Below are positions 1 through 10,308 of a DNA stretch of 64,000 nucleotides, piece by piece. This DNA is from an uncultured delta proteobacterium (GTDB lineage Bacteria; Myxococcota_A; Polyangia; Polyangiales; Polyangiaceae). Within the stretch, counting starts at the first letter, position 1. Each line of letters starts with the position of its first letter. Location of the stretch: the NCBI GenBank assembly GCA_963716725.1, contig CAVQUB010000002.1, positions 1 through 64,000 of the forward strand, written 5' to 3'. The position numbers and the translations under genes are program-made. The notes under the pieces were generated by a model, which worked only from the letters and a program-made list of their open reading frames with translations, ran no database searches and had not been told where the DNA came from.

Positions 1-1253
1 CAGACGCGACACGTCGACAGCGCCGAGTACGCCTACGACGAGCGCCAGCCGCTCGGCATCGAGCCGCGCTGGCTCTACCTCGAGTATCTCTCGCCCATCG
101 GCTTGTTCCGCGTCGGGCAGCAGCCCTCGCACTGGGGCATGGGCATCGTCGCCAACGACGGCGATCACCCCACGCTCTTCGGCGACTACCAGGGCGGCAT
201 CCATCGCCGAGCGCGTCATCTTCGCGCACCAAGCCCGCGGGCAAGGACTCGCCCTTCAACGTCGCCGTCGGCGGCGACCTCGTGTTCAAGGACGCGACGG
301 CCGATCTGGAGGACGGTGACCGGGCCTTCCAGGGCGTTTTGGCGGCGTTCTACGCCGACAAACACGACAACATGATCGGGTTCTACGGCGTCTACCGCGA
401 CCAACGGCGCACCCGCGAGTCGCTGCCCGGACGCGAGTTCGACGAGTCCCTGAAGGTGTGGGCGCTCGACTCGTCGGGCAAGTTCAACGCAAAAATCCCG
501 GGCCTCTCCGGCCACGTCTTCGGCGAGTACGAGGTCGCCTACCTGCTGGGCGACACCAGCTCCTTCCGCACCGTCAACCAGACGCGCAACAATGAGCGCG
601 AAGACGTGCGAGCCCTCGGCGCCTCGGCCTTCAGCTTGGCGCGGTCACGACCTCGGGCGAAGGCGACGACCGCTGGGGCGACTTCGTCGCGCAGCTCGAG
701 TGGGGCTGGGCCCAAGGCGACGCAAACCCGAACGACGGCGCTGTCCCGGCGCTTTCGTTTCGATCCGAACCACAACGTCGGTCTGATCCTGTTCGACGAG
801 GCCCTAGCCTGGAAGACGGCGCGCGCGTCGAACATCGCCAGCGATCCCGCGCTCACCAACCGCCCCGCTCCGGGCTCCCAGCTCTTGCCCTCGAACGGCG
901 GCGTCTTCGGCGCCACCTACCTGAACCCGACGGTGGTCTGGCGCCCGACCCGACCCCTCGATCTCAAGCTGGGCGCGGTCATCGCTCAGACCACCGCCGA
1001 CGTGGTCGATCCGGTGCAGGTGGCGACCACGGGGCGCTTCCGCAACTACGACGGCGGCGATCCGAAGAGCCACGACCTCGGCGTCGAGATCGACGTCGGG
1101 ACCGAGTACCGACTCGCGCTCGACTACGACATGACGCTGCAGCTCGGCGCCCAGGGAGGCGTGTTCTTCCCCGGAAACGCCTTCGCCGACGCGGCGGGCA
1201 ACAAGATGGACAAACAGTACCTGGGCGTCGCCAAGCTCGGGCTTCAGTACTGA
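1..1253 (+). CDS. Outer-membrane beta-barrel protein, TIGR04551-like (5'-partial; frameshifts near 200-230, 635 and 740)
   Basis: Frame 1 reads ..LFRVGQQPSHWGMGIVANDGD..; a later frame has FRFDPNHNVGLILF, amphipathic strands and the C-terminal aromatic barrel signal KLGLQY. The coding frame switches several times. Confidence 0.6.
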   Translation, partial: DATRRQRRVRLRRAPAARHRAALALPRVSLAHRLVPRRAAALALGHGHRRQRRRSPHALRRLPGRHPSPSASSSRTKPAGKDSPFNVAVGGDLVFKDATADLEDGDRAFQGVLAAFYADKHDNMIGFYGVYRDQRRTRESLPGREFDESLKVWALDSSGKFNAKIPGLSGHVFGEYEVAYLLGDTSSFRTVNQTRNNEREDVRALGASAFSLARSRPRAKATTAGATSSRSSSGAGPKATQTRTTALSRRFRFDPNHNVGLILFDEALAWKTARASNIASDPALTNRPAPGSQLLPSNGGVFGATYLNPTVVWRPTRPLDLKLGAVIAQTTADVVDPVQVATTGRFRNYDGGDPKSHDLGVEIDVGTEYRLALDYDMTLQLGAQGGVFFPGNAFADAAGNKMDKQYLGVAKLGLQY

Positions 1254-1264
1254 GGGAAGCGCAG

Positions 1265-4200
1265 ATGATGAAACAAATCTCAGTCCGCACTTCGCTCGCG
1301 CTAGCGATCTGCTGCGCCGCGCTCGGCTGCAGCATCGACGAGGTCCCCGAAGGCATCGGCAAGACGCCCGCGGGCGAGAGCGCCACCGTCAAGTGGGACC
1401 TCTATCACAAGCCTCTGCCCGACATCCCCTTCCCCAACGACCAGGCGATGTGGCCCGATCCGACCAGCCGCACCGGCATGCGCGTCAACGCCAGCATCGT
1501 CGCTCCGACCAGCATCGAGGAGACGGCACGCAGGAAGTTCGACGAGCTCGAGGGCTTCGGCACCTACGCGCCCATCACCGTCGGCTTCAGCAAGCGAAAG
1601 GCCAACCCCGCTCAGCCCGCCATCGATCTCTCGAATCTGTCAGCGCGCCATCAGGGCGACGACTACGAGCTCGCCGACGACGCCGTCTACATCGTGAACC
1701 TGGAGACCGGCGTGCCGGCCCTGGTGGATCTGGGCGAAGGCGCGTTTCAGTACGTGGTCAAGGAGAAGCACAAGTACTGGCGCAACGACACGCGTCGGCT
1801 CGAGCAGAACCTGATGTGGGACACTGCGGACGAGACCATCGATCCGGCGACGGGCAAGCGCGACCCCAACCGCGCTGGCCAACGGCATCCCGAGCTACAA
1901 ACCCGAGTGGGACACCGACTTCGACGGCGTGCTCGACCTGCCCAACTTCAAGAACATCGACGCCTGCCCGAACCAAGTCGACGTGGAGCTCGGCACCGTG
2001 ACCGAGCGTGACCGCGATCGCTGCGTGACGGACAACCTGCTCACCTACTACGAGCGCGAGACCGACACGCTGATCATGCGTCCGCTGGTCCCGCTCCTGG
2101 AGAAGACCCAGTACGCCGTGGTGATCACCGACCGCGTGTCGATTGCGGCACGGATCCGAGCAAGTGCCCGACGGCGAGCCGGTGCGCTCGCCCTTCGACT
2201 TCAGCTACCACCCGGCCCAAGAGGAGGCGATGGCGCGCCTGAAGGCCCACCTCTCGAGCGCCGAGTCTCGCCAGCTACTACGGCGACATCGGCGGCACCG
2301 GGTTCAAGCACGTCGCCTTCGCCTGGACCTTCACCACGCAGCCCGTGGACGAAGATCTGGTGCTGATCCGCGACGGCCTCTACGGCAAGGGCCCGCTCTC
2401 GCGCCTGGCCAAGGACTTCCCAGCCCACACCGAGCTCGCGCGCGCCGCGGGTCAGGTCGACCTCGAGATCCTGGCCGACAGCGACTGGGAGGAGCCAGCG
2501 GGCTGGGAGAGCGACCCGAAGTGCCAGAAGACGATCAAGAACTTTCACATCGTGAACTTCGAGACCGTCAAGAGCACCCTCCGCGAGCTGGCCAAGCAGG
2601 CCTTCGACTTCGACGGCCCGACGCTGGACACCCTGATCGCGTCCTTCGACTCCATCAGCCATATCGCCATCGGGGAGTTCGACAGCCCGTTCTTCATCAG
2701 CGGCGGCCCCAAGGGCAAGGATCCGAACGCCTCGTTCGACATGGACTTCCGCACCGGCGAAGGCAAGATCTACCGCGACCGGGTCCAGTTCCTGATCGTC
2801 GTGCCGAAGACGACGGCCACCAAGAAGCAGCCGTTCCCCGTCGCCTACTACGGCCACGGCTACACCTCGAGCTCCCTCGAGGTGCTCGGCTTCGCGGGGC
2901 ACTTGGCGGCTCAGGGCATCGCGTCGGTGGGCATGAACGCCACCTTCCACGGCCTCGAGCTCGGCGAGACCGAGCTGCAGCTCGCCAAGAACCTGTTCTC
3001 GTCGGCCTGTGAGGGCCCCTTCGCCAGCGCCCTGCTCACGGGCCGCGCCCGCGATCTCGACGGCAACGGCACCAAGGACTCGGGCGGCGACTACTGGACC
3101 AGCTACCTCTTCCACACCCGCGACGTGGTGCGCCAGAGCGCCGTCGATCTGGTGCAGATCTTCCGGGTGCTCAAGGGCTTCGACGGTACGCACCTCGCGC
3201 GCCACACCAAAGATCCCCACAGCGGACGGCTGCTCCAGGACTACAACGCCGACGGCGAGCCCAACGATCTGGCCGGCGACTTCGACGGAGACGGCACGCC
3301 GGACGTGGGCGGGCCGAAGTCCGAGTTCTACGCCTGGGGCCAGTCCCTGGGCGGCATCTTGGCGCCCTTCGTCGCCGCGCTCGATCCCAACGTGGTGGCG
3401 TCGGCTCCCACGTCGGGCGCCGCGGGCTTGCTCGACGTTGGGGCGCGCACCTTCCAAGGCGGCGCTTTCGAGGGCATCTACCTCCGCAATTTCGGCCCGC
3501 TCGTGACCGGTGTCCCGGCCAAAGAGTTCTACGACGCCGGCAAAGAGAAAGAGACCAAGTGCAGCGCGAGCCAGATCTCGCTCCGCTTCGTGCTGATCGA
3601 CGTGAATGACGACCGCGAGGTCGAGTTCGGCTGCGCCGAGAAGGCGCCGTACACGCCCGAGGGCGGCACCGTGATGGTGTCCAACGGCCGAAACGGAGAG
3701 GTGCGCTGCGGCCGCATCGATACCGAGGGTCGCTTCCGCATCGGCATCCCAACAAGCATCGGGGACAAGCTCGAGGTGCAGATGTACGACGTGCCGGACG
3801 CCGTCGACAGCTACCACCCCGAGACCGGCTGCAACATCACCGCCGACGCGACCCGGCGCATCGAGCTGGTCAACAGCTGGGGCGAGGGAGTGATCCCGCA
3901 GGGCGGCGTCGATCCGCTGTCGGGCAAAGAGGTCTGCTCCGCCGAGGGCGGCTGCTCCAAGTTCCAGAACAAGTACTACGCGGCCGGCTCGGCGCTGGTG
4001 GCGCCGGCCGAGGGTTTCGGTCACATCCGGCAGACGCCGTCCCTGCGGCGTTTCATGAACCTGGCGTCGAACATCGTCGACCCCGGTGATCCAGTGAACT
4101 TCGCCCCCTACTACGCGCTTCGACCCATGCTGGATCCCAACGGCGAGGTGATGCCGCCCAAAGGCATGCTCAACATCGTGACCGTCGGCGACATGAACGT

Positions 4201-4990
4201 GCCCCTCAACTCGGGCATCGCCATCGGGCGAGCCGCCGGCGCGGTCCCGTTCCTGCGCCCCGACGCCGCCGATCGTTACCCGGCCTACGTCGACTACGTG
4301 ACGCCGAGTGCGCTGTTTGCCGCCCTCGACGGCGTGACGCCCAACCGCGCGCTGATCGACGCCCACGTCATCGAAGGCGTGAGCCGACTGGCCCGAGAAG
4401 CACCAGCTGATCTGACGTCGTGCCGGCCCAATGAGCTACCGGTCACCGTCCAGGACGTGGTGTGCCACCCAAACTGCACCGAGACCGACACCAAGAGCTG
4501 CCTCGGCGGGCAGGCCTGCGTGAGCGGCCGCTGCGTCGGGAAGCCCATCAGCGAGGACGACTGCGCGCAGTCGCTCTACGACATCGACGTGCTCGACGAA
4601 GGCCTGAGCCTGTACGGAGAGCGCGAGGCGACGGTGCCGCTGCGCACGGGACGCATCGCGATGCCCGCCACGCCCGCGTCCATCAACGCGGTCTGGGAGC
4701 CGCGCTTGAAGGGCGTGCCTTACTCGGCAGACGCGAGCGCCTGGGGCGCGAACAAGCGCATCCTGGCGCAACTCCAAGCCTACATCGAGCCGCGAGGCGT
4801 GCACGGCTTCGAGCCCTCGAATCCCTGCCAGAACTGGGACTCCGGTCAGTACATGACCAACCTGATCGGGCGTTTCTTCAACTCCAGCGGCAGCGACGCC
4901 TACTACCTGTCGCACCCGTCCAGCCACCACTGCCTGGGCAAGCCCACCGGCAACGGCTCGTGCTCCTTCGTGCAAGTGCCGCCGAAGTGA
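1265..4990 (+). CDS. Large secreted alpha/beta-hydrolase (lipase-like) lipoprotein, split by frameshifts near 1880, 2140 and 2270
   Basis: Lipobox (AALGC); PFPND motif; YYGHG oxyanion region; nucleophile elbow WGQSLGG; C-terminal VHGF; several DxDxDG Ca-binding-like loops. ORFs 1265, 1929, 2143 and 2345 join into one coherent protein. Confidence 0.65.
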
Positions 4991-5003
4991 TCGGGGCGAC
5001 CGA

Positions 5004-5666
5004 GTGGCGCTCCTGGTCCTCGAAGGCGTCGCGATCTCGGTCGAACAACGTCGGCTGCTCGCCGACGTCAGCCTGAGCCTCGACGCCGGCGAGCTGGTAG
5101 GGCTCGTCGGCCCGAGCGGCAGCGGCAAGACCGAGCTGCTCCGCGCCATCGCGGGCCTTCGAGATGCGGACTCGGGGGCGTTCCTGCTCGATGGGCGCGA
5201 GCGCGGCGATCCGTCGTGGCCCGCTTGGCGTCGACAAGTGACCTACGTTGCCCAGCGCCCGGTGATGCTCGAAGGCAGCGTGCGCGACAACCTGCGGCGC
5301 CCGCTGGCGTTCGCGAGCGTGCGAGGCAGGACGATCGACGACGCCGAGCTGGGCGACTCCCTCGCTCGCCTGGGTCTCGGCAGAGAGCTGCTCGACCAAC
5401 GCGCCCGCACGCTGTCGGTCGGCGAGCAGCAACGCGTGGCCCTGTGCCGTGCGCTGTTGATCCGGCCCGCCATCGTGCTCTTGGACGAGCCCACCAGCGC
5501 CCTCGATGCCGAGTCCGTCGAGCGCGTCGAGGCGCTGATCCGCCATCGCGCCGAGGGCGAGGGCCTGGCGGCGTTGATCGTCAGCCACGACCGCGATCAG
5601 GTCACGCGCTGGACCAGCCGCCAGCTCGACATCCGCGATCTTCAGCCGGAGCGCGCTGATGCCTGA
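5004..5666 (+). CDS. ABC transporter ATP-binding protein, FetA/YbbL-like
   Basis: Walker A GPSGSGKT, signature LSVGEQQR, Walker B LLDEPT, H-loop; overlaps a UPF0014 permease gene. Confidence 0.85.
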   Translation: MALLVLEGVAISVEQRRLLADVSLSLDAGELVGLVGPSGSGKTELLRAIAGLRDADSGAFLLDGRERGDPSWPAWRRQVTYVAQRPVMLEGSVRDNLRRPLAFASVRGRTIDDAELGDSLARLGLGRELLDQRARTLSVGEQQRVALCRALLIRPAIVLLDEPTSALDAESVERVEALIRHRAEGEGLAALIVSHDRDQVTRWTSRQLDIRDLQPERADA

Positions 5667-6459
5667 TCGCGGAGTGATCCCCCTGGGCGTGCTCGAGCTC
5701 TCCATCGCCGGGCTGCTCGTGCTCGTGGCCGGCGTGGTGAGCCTGGCCCTCCGGCTGAAGCTGGAGTCGAAGCTCGCCATCGCCGCGGTCCGCACGGTCG
5801 TGCAGCTGATGCTGGTGGGTTACCTGCTCGAGTGGGTGTTTCGCATCGAGAGCCCGTGGCTGATCTTGGGCGTGCTCGTGGTGATGACCGCGACGGCGGG
5901 ACGTGCGGCCCTGGCGCGCTCCAGCCGCAGCTTCGCCGGTGCCAGGCTCGGGGCCTTCGTGACCTTGGTGCTGACGGGGCTCTCCACCACCTTCCTGGTC
6001 ACCGGCGCCATCATCGGCGTCGAGCCGTGGTACCGCCCTCAGTACGTGATCCCGCTCTTGGGCATGGTGCTGGGCAATTCGCTGACGGGCATCTCGCTCT
6101 CCCTCGACACGCTGCTCACGGATCTGGACGAACATCGCGATCGAGTCGAGATGGAGCTTTCGCTCGGAGCGACGGCTTGGGAGGCGGCACGCGATCCCCT
6201 CACCGAGGCCGCACGCCGGGGCATGATCCCGATCCTCAACTCCATGGCCGTCGTCGGCATCGTCTCGCTCCCGGGCATGATGACCGGGCAGATCTTGCAA
6301 GGCGCGAGCCCGCTGGATGCGGTCAAATACCAGATCGTGGTGATGTTCATGCTGGCCGCGTCCACTTCGCTCGGCTGCATGGGCGTGACCTTGTGGGTCT
6401 TCCGCCGGCTCTTCAACGAGCGGCATCAGCTGCGCGCCGAGCGCATCGTGCGCCGCTGA
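5659..6459 (+). CDS. fetB: ABC transporter permease, FetB/YbbM (UPF0014) family
   Basis: Motifs RTVVQLMLVGYLL, QYVIPLLGMVLGN, LGAT, GIVSLPGMMTGQIL.G..P..AVKYQI. Confidence 0.85.
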   Translation: MPDRGVIPLGVLELSIAGLLVLVAGVVSLALRLKLESKLAIAAVRTVVQLMLVGYLLEWVFRIESPWLILGVLVVMTATAGRAALARSSRSFAGARLGAFVTLVLTGLSTTFLVTGAIIGVEPWYRPQYVIPLLGMVLGNSLTGISLSLDTLLTDLDEHRDRVEMELSLGATAWEAARDPLTEAARRGMIPILNSMAVVGIVSLPGMMTGQILQGASPLDAVKYQIVVMFMLAASTSLGCMGVTLWVFRRLFNERHQLRAERIVRR

Positions 6460-6591
6460 CGACAAGCCGAGAGCGCGACTGACGCAAGGACGCCACACGC
6501 GGGCGCGTGAACGACCATTCATGCGGAGCCGGGTCGGTCGGCGTTTTTCAGGGACTTGTCCAGGGCACGGGGCTTGCTCAGCGTGGCCGAC

Positions 6592-7158
6592 ATGATGCCC
6601 TGGCGCGCGACCATCGCAGCCCTCTGCCTCGCGAGCATGGCGCAGGCGGAGCCTCGTGCCGTCGATCGACTGGTGGCTCGGGTCGACGGCGCTCCCATTC
6701 TGCTCTCGGACCTGATGCGGCGAACCCGGCCGCGCCTGCGACCCTTGGCAGCGCAGCCTGGATGGAAGAGATCGCTGGCCTTGCGCACGGCGCTGCGTGA
6801 AGAACGCGAGCTTGCCATCGAGCAAGCGCTGTTTTCCCAGACCGCGCGCCGACGGGGGCTCGCGGTCACGGACTCTGATGTCGCCGCTGCGCTCAGGCAC
6901 ATCGCGAGCGATCAGCGCGTCTCGGTCGACGAAGTCCTCGCGTTGGCCCACGCCGCCGGGCTGTCGGAGCAGGCCTATCGCGAGGAGCTGCGTCTTCAGC
7001 TCCGCGAGCAGCGCCTGCTCTTTGCGGAGCCCTGGGGACCAGCGGGCAGTCCGCCCATCGACGGTGAGGCCCGATTGCGCTGGCAAACAAAACGGCGGGA
7101 GCTCGTGCTCGCCGAGCTCTGGAGGCGTGCGTGCGTGGAACGTTTTGGGCGGCTCTAG
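6592..7158 (+). CDS. SurA N-terminal-domain periplasmic chaperone-like protein (no PPIase domain)
   Basis: Signal peptide, then VDRLVARVDGAPILLSDL..IEQALFSQ.A...GL.VTDSDV...GLS...YREELR. Confidence 0.7.
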   Translation: MMPWRATIAALCLASMAQAEPRAVDRLVARVDGAPILLSDLMRRTRPRLRPLAAQPGWKRSLALRTALREERELAIEQALFSQTARRRGLAVTDSDVAAALRHIASDQRVSVDEVLALAHAAGLSEQAYREELRLQLREQRLLFAEPWGPAGSPPIDGEARLRWQTKRRELVLAELWRRACVERFGRL

Positions 7159-8228
7159 TCGCAGTCGGGCTGGGCGGCTGCGCCGGCGCGGCGCGGACTG
7201 CCCGCGTGACCGAGCCCTCGGCCTGTGACGCGCCGGATCCGACGCCACTCCCGACCGAAGTTGCCTTGCCCGCCGAGCCCCCCTGGGGCGCCCGGATCCG
7301 CGCCATCGAGCTCCGAGGTCTGTCACGCGTGCCCGAGAGCCTGGTGCGGGGCGCCATCACCACGCGCGCCGGCGACACGCTCGACGAGGCCCAAGTGGCC
7401 AGGGACGTGCTCGCGCTGCTGGCCCTCGAGACCTTCGCTCAGGTGGTCGCTTCGACGGAGCAGGACGGCGCAGTACTGCTCTACTCCCTCACCGAACGCA
7501 GGTTGGTCGGCCGCGTCGAGCATCGCTCGGGTCAGCCGCTGCCGGTGGGGCGCCACGTGCCGCTCGCCAGCGGGGAGCTCCACGATCCGGCGCGGGTGCA
7601 CCGCGCCGCGCGCGATCTCGAGGACCACCTGATCGAGAGCGGACACGTCGATGCGCGCGTGCTCACCCGCGAGCGACGCTCGGGCGAACGCGTGGACGTG
7701 TGCTTCGTGATCGAGCCCGGACCGCGGCGATTGATCTCGGCCATCGTGCCCCAGGGCAACACCCAGGTCTTGGCCCGGGAGATCTTGGCGCTGATCGACG
7801 ACCACGACCGGATGGCGAACCGGATCGGAGCGCCCTTCCGCGCCGATCTCTTCGGCCCCGATCGCCTCCGCATCCAGGCGCTCTACTACGATCACGGCTA
7901 CCTGGAGAGCGCCGTCAGCGAGCCCGCGGCCTCGCCGGACCGCGGAGGGCTGCGGGTCGTGATCCCGATCCACGAAGGCGCCATCTATCGCCTGGACCGG
8001 GTGAGCTTCTCGGGAAAGCTCCGGGCCACCGAGCAGCGATACCACGAGCTGTTCGCGGTACCCGCCGGGCGCGTCTTCTCTCGCAGCGAGGTCAGCGCCG
8101 GGCTGGATCGCGTCGTCGCTCACCACCGGTCGCTGGGCTTCACCGCGCGCGTCACTCCGCAGACCGAGCTCGACAATCCATCGCACACCGTGAACTTGCG
8201 CCTGGTGATCGAGGAGGACGCTCCGTGA
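7131..8228 (+). CDS. POTRA-repeat lipoprotein (BamA-like POTRAs, no beta-barrel)
   Basis: GGAGG RBS and GTG start; lipobox LGGC; about 4 POTRA-like units (IRAIELRGLSRV, YYDHGY, IHEG..Y); ends VNLRLVIEEDAP. Confidence 0.75.
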   Translation: MRGTFWAALVAVGLGGCAGAARTARVTEPSACDAPDPTPLPTEVALPAEPPWGARIRAIELRGLSRVPESLVRGAITTRAGDTLDEAQVARDVLALLALETFAQVVASTEQDGAVLLYSLTERRLVGRVEHRSGQPLPVGRHVPLASGELHDPARVHRAARDLEDHLIESGHVDARVLTRERRSGERVDVCFVIEPGPRRLISAIVPQGNTQVLAREILALIDDHDRMANRIGAPFRADLFGPDRLRIQALYYDHGYLESAVSEPAASPDRGGLRVVIPIHEGAIYRLDRVSFSGKLRATEQRYHELFAVPAGRVFSRSEVSAGLDRVVAHHRSLGFTARVTPQTELDNPSHTVNLRLVIEEDAP

Positions 8229-9514
8229 CGCGCGTCGCGCTGGTGGCGACCCTACTGGCGGTGGCCTGCGCTCGCCCGGCGGGTTCGCCGCCCGCGGCGA
8301 CCAGCGCGACCGGCGCGACCAGCGCCGACCACGCTGCCGCCGAGCTGCTCTCAGATCTTCTGATGGGCAGCCACCGAGCCCTGAAAGCGCCGAAGCTGAG
8401 GCGCTACGCGACCGAAGTCGCGGCGCGGGTGGTCCGAGCCAGCGGCCACCATGTCCACTGGCAGCTCCAGCTCACCGACGACCCGGATCCGGCGGCGAAC
8501 GCCCTGCCCGGTGGCACCTTGCTCGTGTCCCGGGGCGCGCTCGCGCACCTGAACTCGGAGGCCGAGCTGGCCGCGGTGATCGCCCACGAGCTCGCGCACC
8601 TGGTGATGAGGCACACGGATCTGGAGAAGACCTCCCTGCCCGCGCACCTCGAGGACGGGCCGAGCCGGAGCGCGCAGATCGACGCCGACGAGGAGCGCCA
8701 AGCCGACTCCCTCGCCGTCCGCTACGTGGCGCAGGCCGGGTACGATCCGCGGGCCGTCGGCAGCGCGTTGGCGGCCCTGCACCGCGCGGCGGCCCTCCGA
8801 TGCCAGCAGGAGCTCGCCCGCGACGACTGTGACGACGCGCACGACGAGGACGACCCGCACCCTCAGCGGCGTGCGCGGCTGGCACGCGTCGCCCTCGCCG
8901 CCGGATCTGCGGGCGGCGAGCTCGGCCGCGATCGCTACCTCGACGCCATCGACGGGCTCGCGCTGGGCGGGGCTCGCGCCGCGATCGAGTCCGGCCGCTT
9001 CCGATCCACCGCAGGGCTCAGCTTCGCGCTCCCGCCGGGCTTCTCGGCGGCCGTTTCGGGCGATGCGCTCAGGGCGAAAGCCCTGGATTCCGAGATCTCC
9101 ATCGTGCAGTTTCGCGGCCGGCTCCTGCGCGAAGCCAGCCGTCGGAGCCTGCGCGCGGCGCCCTACCTGAGCCGCGAGATCGCCGGGCAGCGTGCGCTCA
9201 TCGGCACCTTCGGGGACGACCCCCGACACCTGGTCGCGGTCTTGGACGCCGCGCCCTTCGTGCACGTGGTTGCCGTCTCGGGCCCCAGTCGCGACCAGCA
9301 TCTCGAGGAGATCCTGGCGAGCGTGCGTCCGGTCGAACTCGAATCGAGGCCGGTGGTCCGGGTCGTTCGGAGTGCTCAACGCTCGCGCTTCAGCGACTTC
9401 GTCGCTGCGCACTGCCCAGCGGCGTCACGCGCGCTGATGACGGCGCTCAACGGAATCGGCTGGGGCGAGAAGGTCGAACGCGGTCGCCGCCTCAAGTGCG
9501 TGGCGACAAAATGA
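8225..9514 (+). CDS. M48-family (BepA/YfgC-like) zinc metalloprotease lipoprotein with C-terminal LysM-like tail
   Basis: GTG start overlaps the POTRA stop (GTGA); lipobox LAVAC; NALPGG; SEAELAAVIAHELAH; ERQAD; GYDPRA; HP motif. Confidence 0.8.
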   Translation: MTRVALVATLLAVACARPAGSPPAATSATGATSADHAAAELLSDLLMGSHRALKAPKLRRYATEVAARVVRASGHHVHWQLQLTDDPDPAANALPGGTLLVSRGALAHLNSEAELAAVIAHELAHLVMRHTDLEKTSLPAHLEDGPSRSAQIDADEERQADSLAVRYVAQAGYDPRAVGSALAALHRAAALRCQQELARDDCDDAHDEDDPHPQRRARLARVALAAGSAGGELGRDRYLDAIDGLALGGARAAIESGRFRSTAGLSFALPPGFSAAVSGDALRAKALDSEISIVQFRGRLLREASRRSLRAAPYLSREIAGQRALIGTFGDDPRHLVAVLDAAPFVHVVAVSGPSRDQHLEEILASVRPVELESRPVVRVVRSAQRSRFSDFVAAHCPAASRALMTALNGIGWGEKVERGRRLKCVATK

Positions 9515-9561
9515 AACACGGCGCAGAGCATAGAAGCCCTGCGCCGCGCTCAATCCGCCGA

Positions 9562-10140
9562 TCAGTTGCAGGGCGCCGCGCCCGCGGCGTGGGTGCAGTG
9601 AACGGACTTCATCGAGTCTGCCATCCCGAGGTGATCGTTGGCACACGCCTTTCGCTTGTCGGCGAAGGCGCCGTACTTCTGCTTGCACTCAGCGCTCGAC
9701 TTGTAGTGCTCGGCCGTACCGAAACCACACTTGGTCTCGTAGCTCGCGCAGAAGGCCTCCGGGGTCATGTTGCCACCAGAGCCGCCGGTGCCAGAGCCGC
9801 CGGTGCCAGAGCCGCCGGTGCCAGAGCCGCCGGTGCCAGAGCCGCCGGTGCCAGAGCCGCCGGTGCCAGAGCCGCCGGTGCCAGAGCCGCCCGCGCCGGC
9901 CATGCCGCCGGAGCCCGCGGTCCCGCCGCCGCTGCCGGCCATGCCGCCCATGCCGGCCGTGCCGCCCATGCCGGCCATGCCGCCCGTCGCGCTGCCGCCC
10001 GTGCCACCGCCGGAGCCGCCCGTGCCGCCCTTGCCGCCAGTCGAGCTGCCGCCGCTGCCGCCGCCGTCGTCATCTTCACCGCACGCGGTCAGCGAGAGCC
10101 CAGCCACCAAACCAAGGAACATGAATGAACGAAGTTTCAT
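9562..10140 (-). CDS. Gly/Ser/Thr-rich linker lipoprotein with small Cys/His C-terminal domain
   Basis: Lipobox LTAC, SGTGG repeats, C-terminal C..C..C..CxxxH..HCxH..C. Confidence 0.75.
   Translation of the reverse strand: MKLRSFMFLGLVAGLSLTACGEDDDGGGSGGSSTGGKGGTGGSGGGTGGSATGGMAGMGGTAGMGGMAGSGGGTAGSGGMAGAGGSGTGGSGTGGSGTGGSGTGGSGTGGSGTGGSGTGGSGGNMTPEAFCASYETKCGFGTAEHYKSSAECKQKYGAFADKRKACANDHLGMADSMKSVHCTHAAGAAPCN
9781..9885. repeat. 7 x 15-bp perfect tandem repeat (gccgccggtgccaga) encoding SGTGG
   Basis: Directly visible in the sequence. Confidence 0.95.
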
Positions 10141-10308
10141 GAGAATCACCGCCTCCAAGACCCCGAGCATTCGCTAGAACATGACCTTCGTCAATACTTC
10201 GAACCTAGCGGCAGCGCACGAGCAGACATCGAAGCTCGCGGCGGAGCGCCGCCCAGTCGGGCTCAGCCCAGTCCAGCCCGAGATGACACGGCCTCGGCGC
10301 GCTCATGA

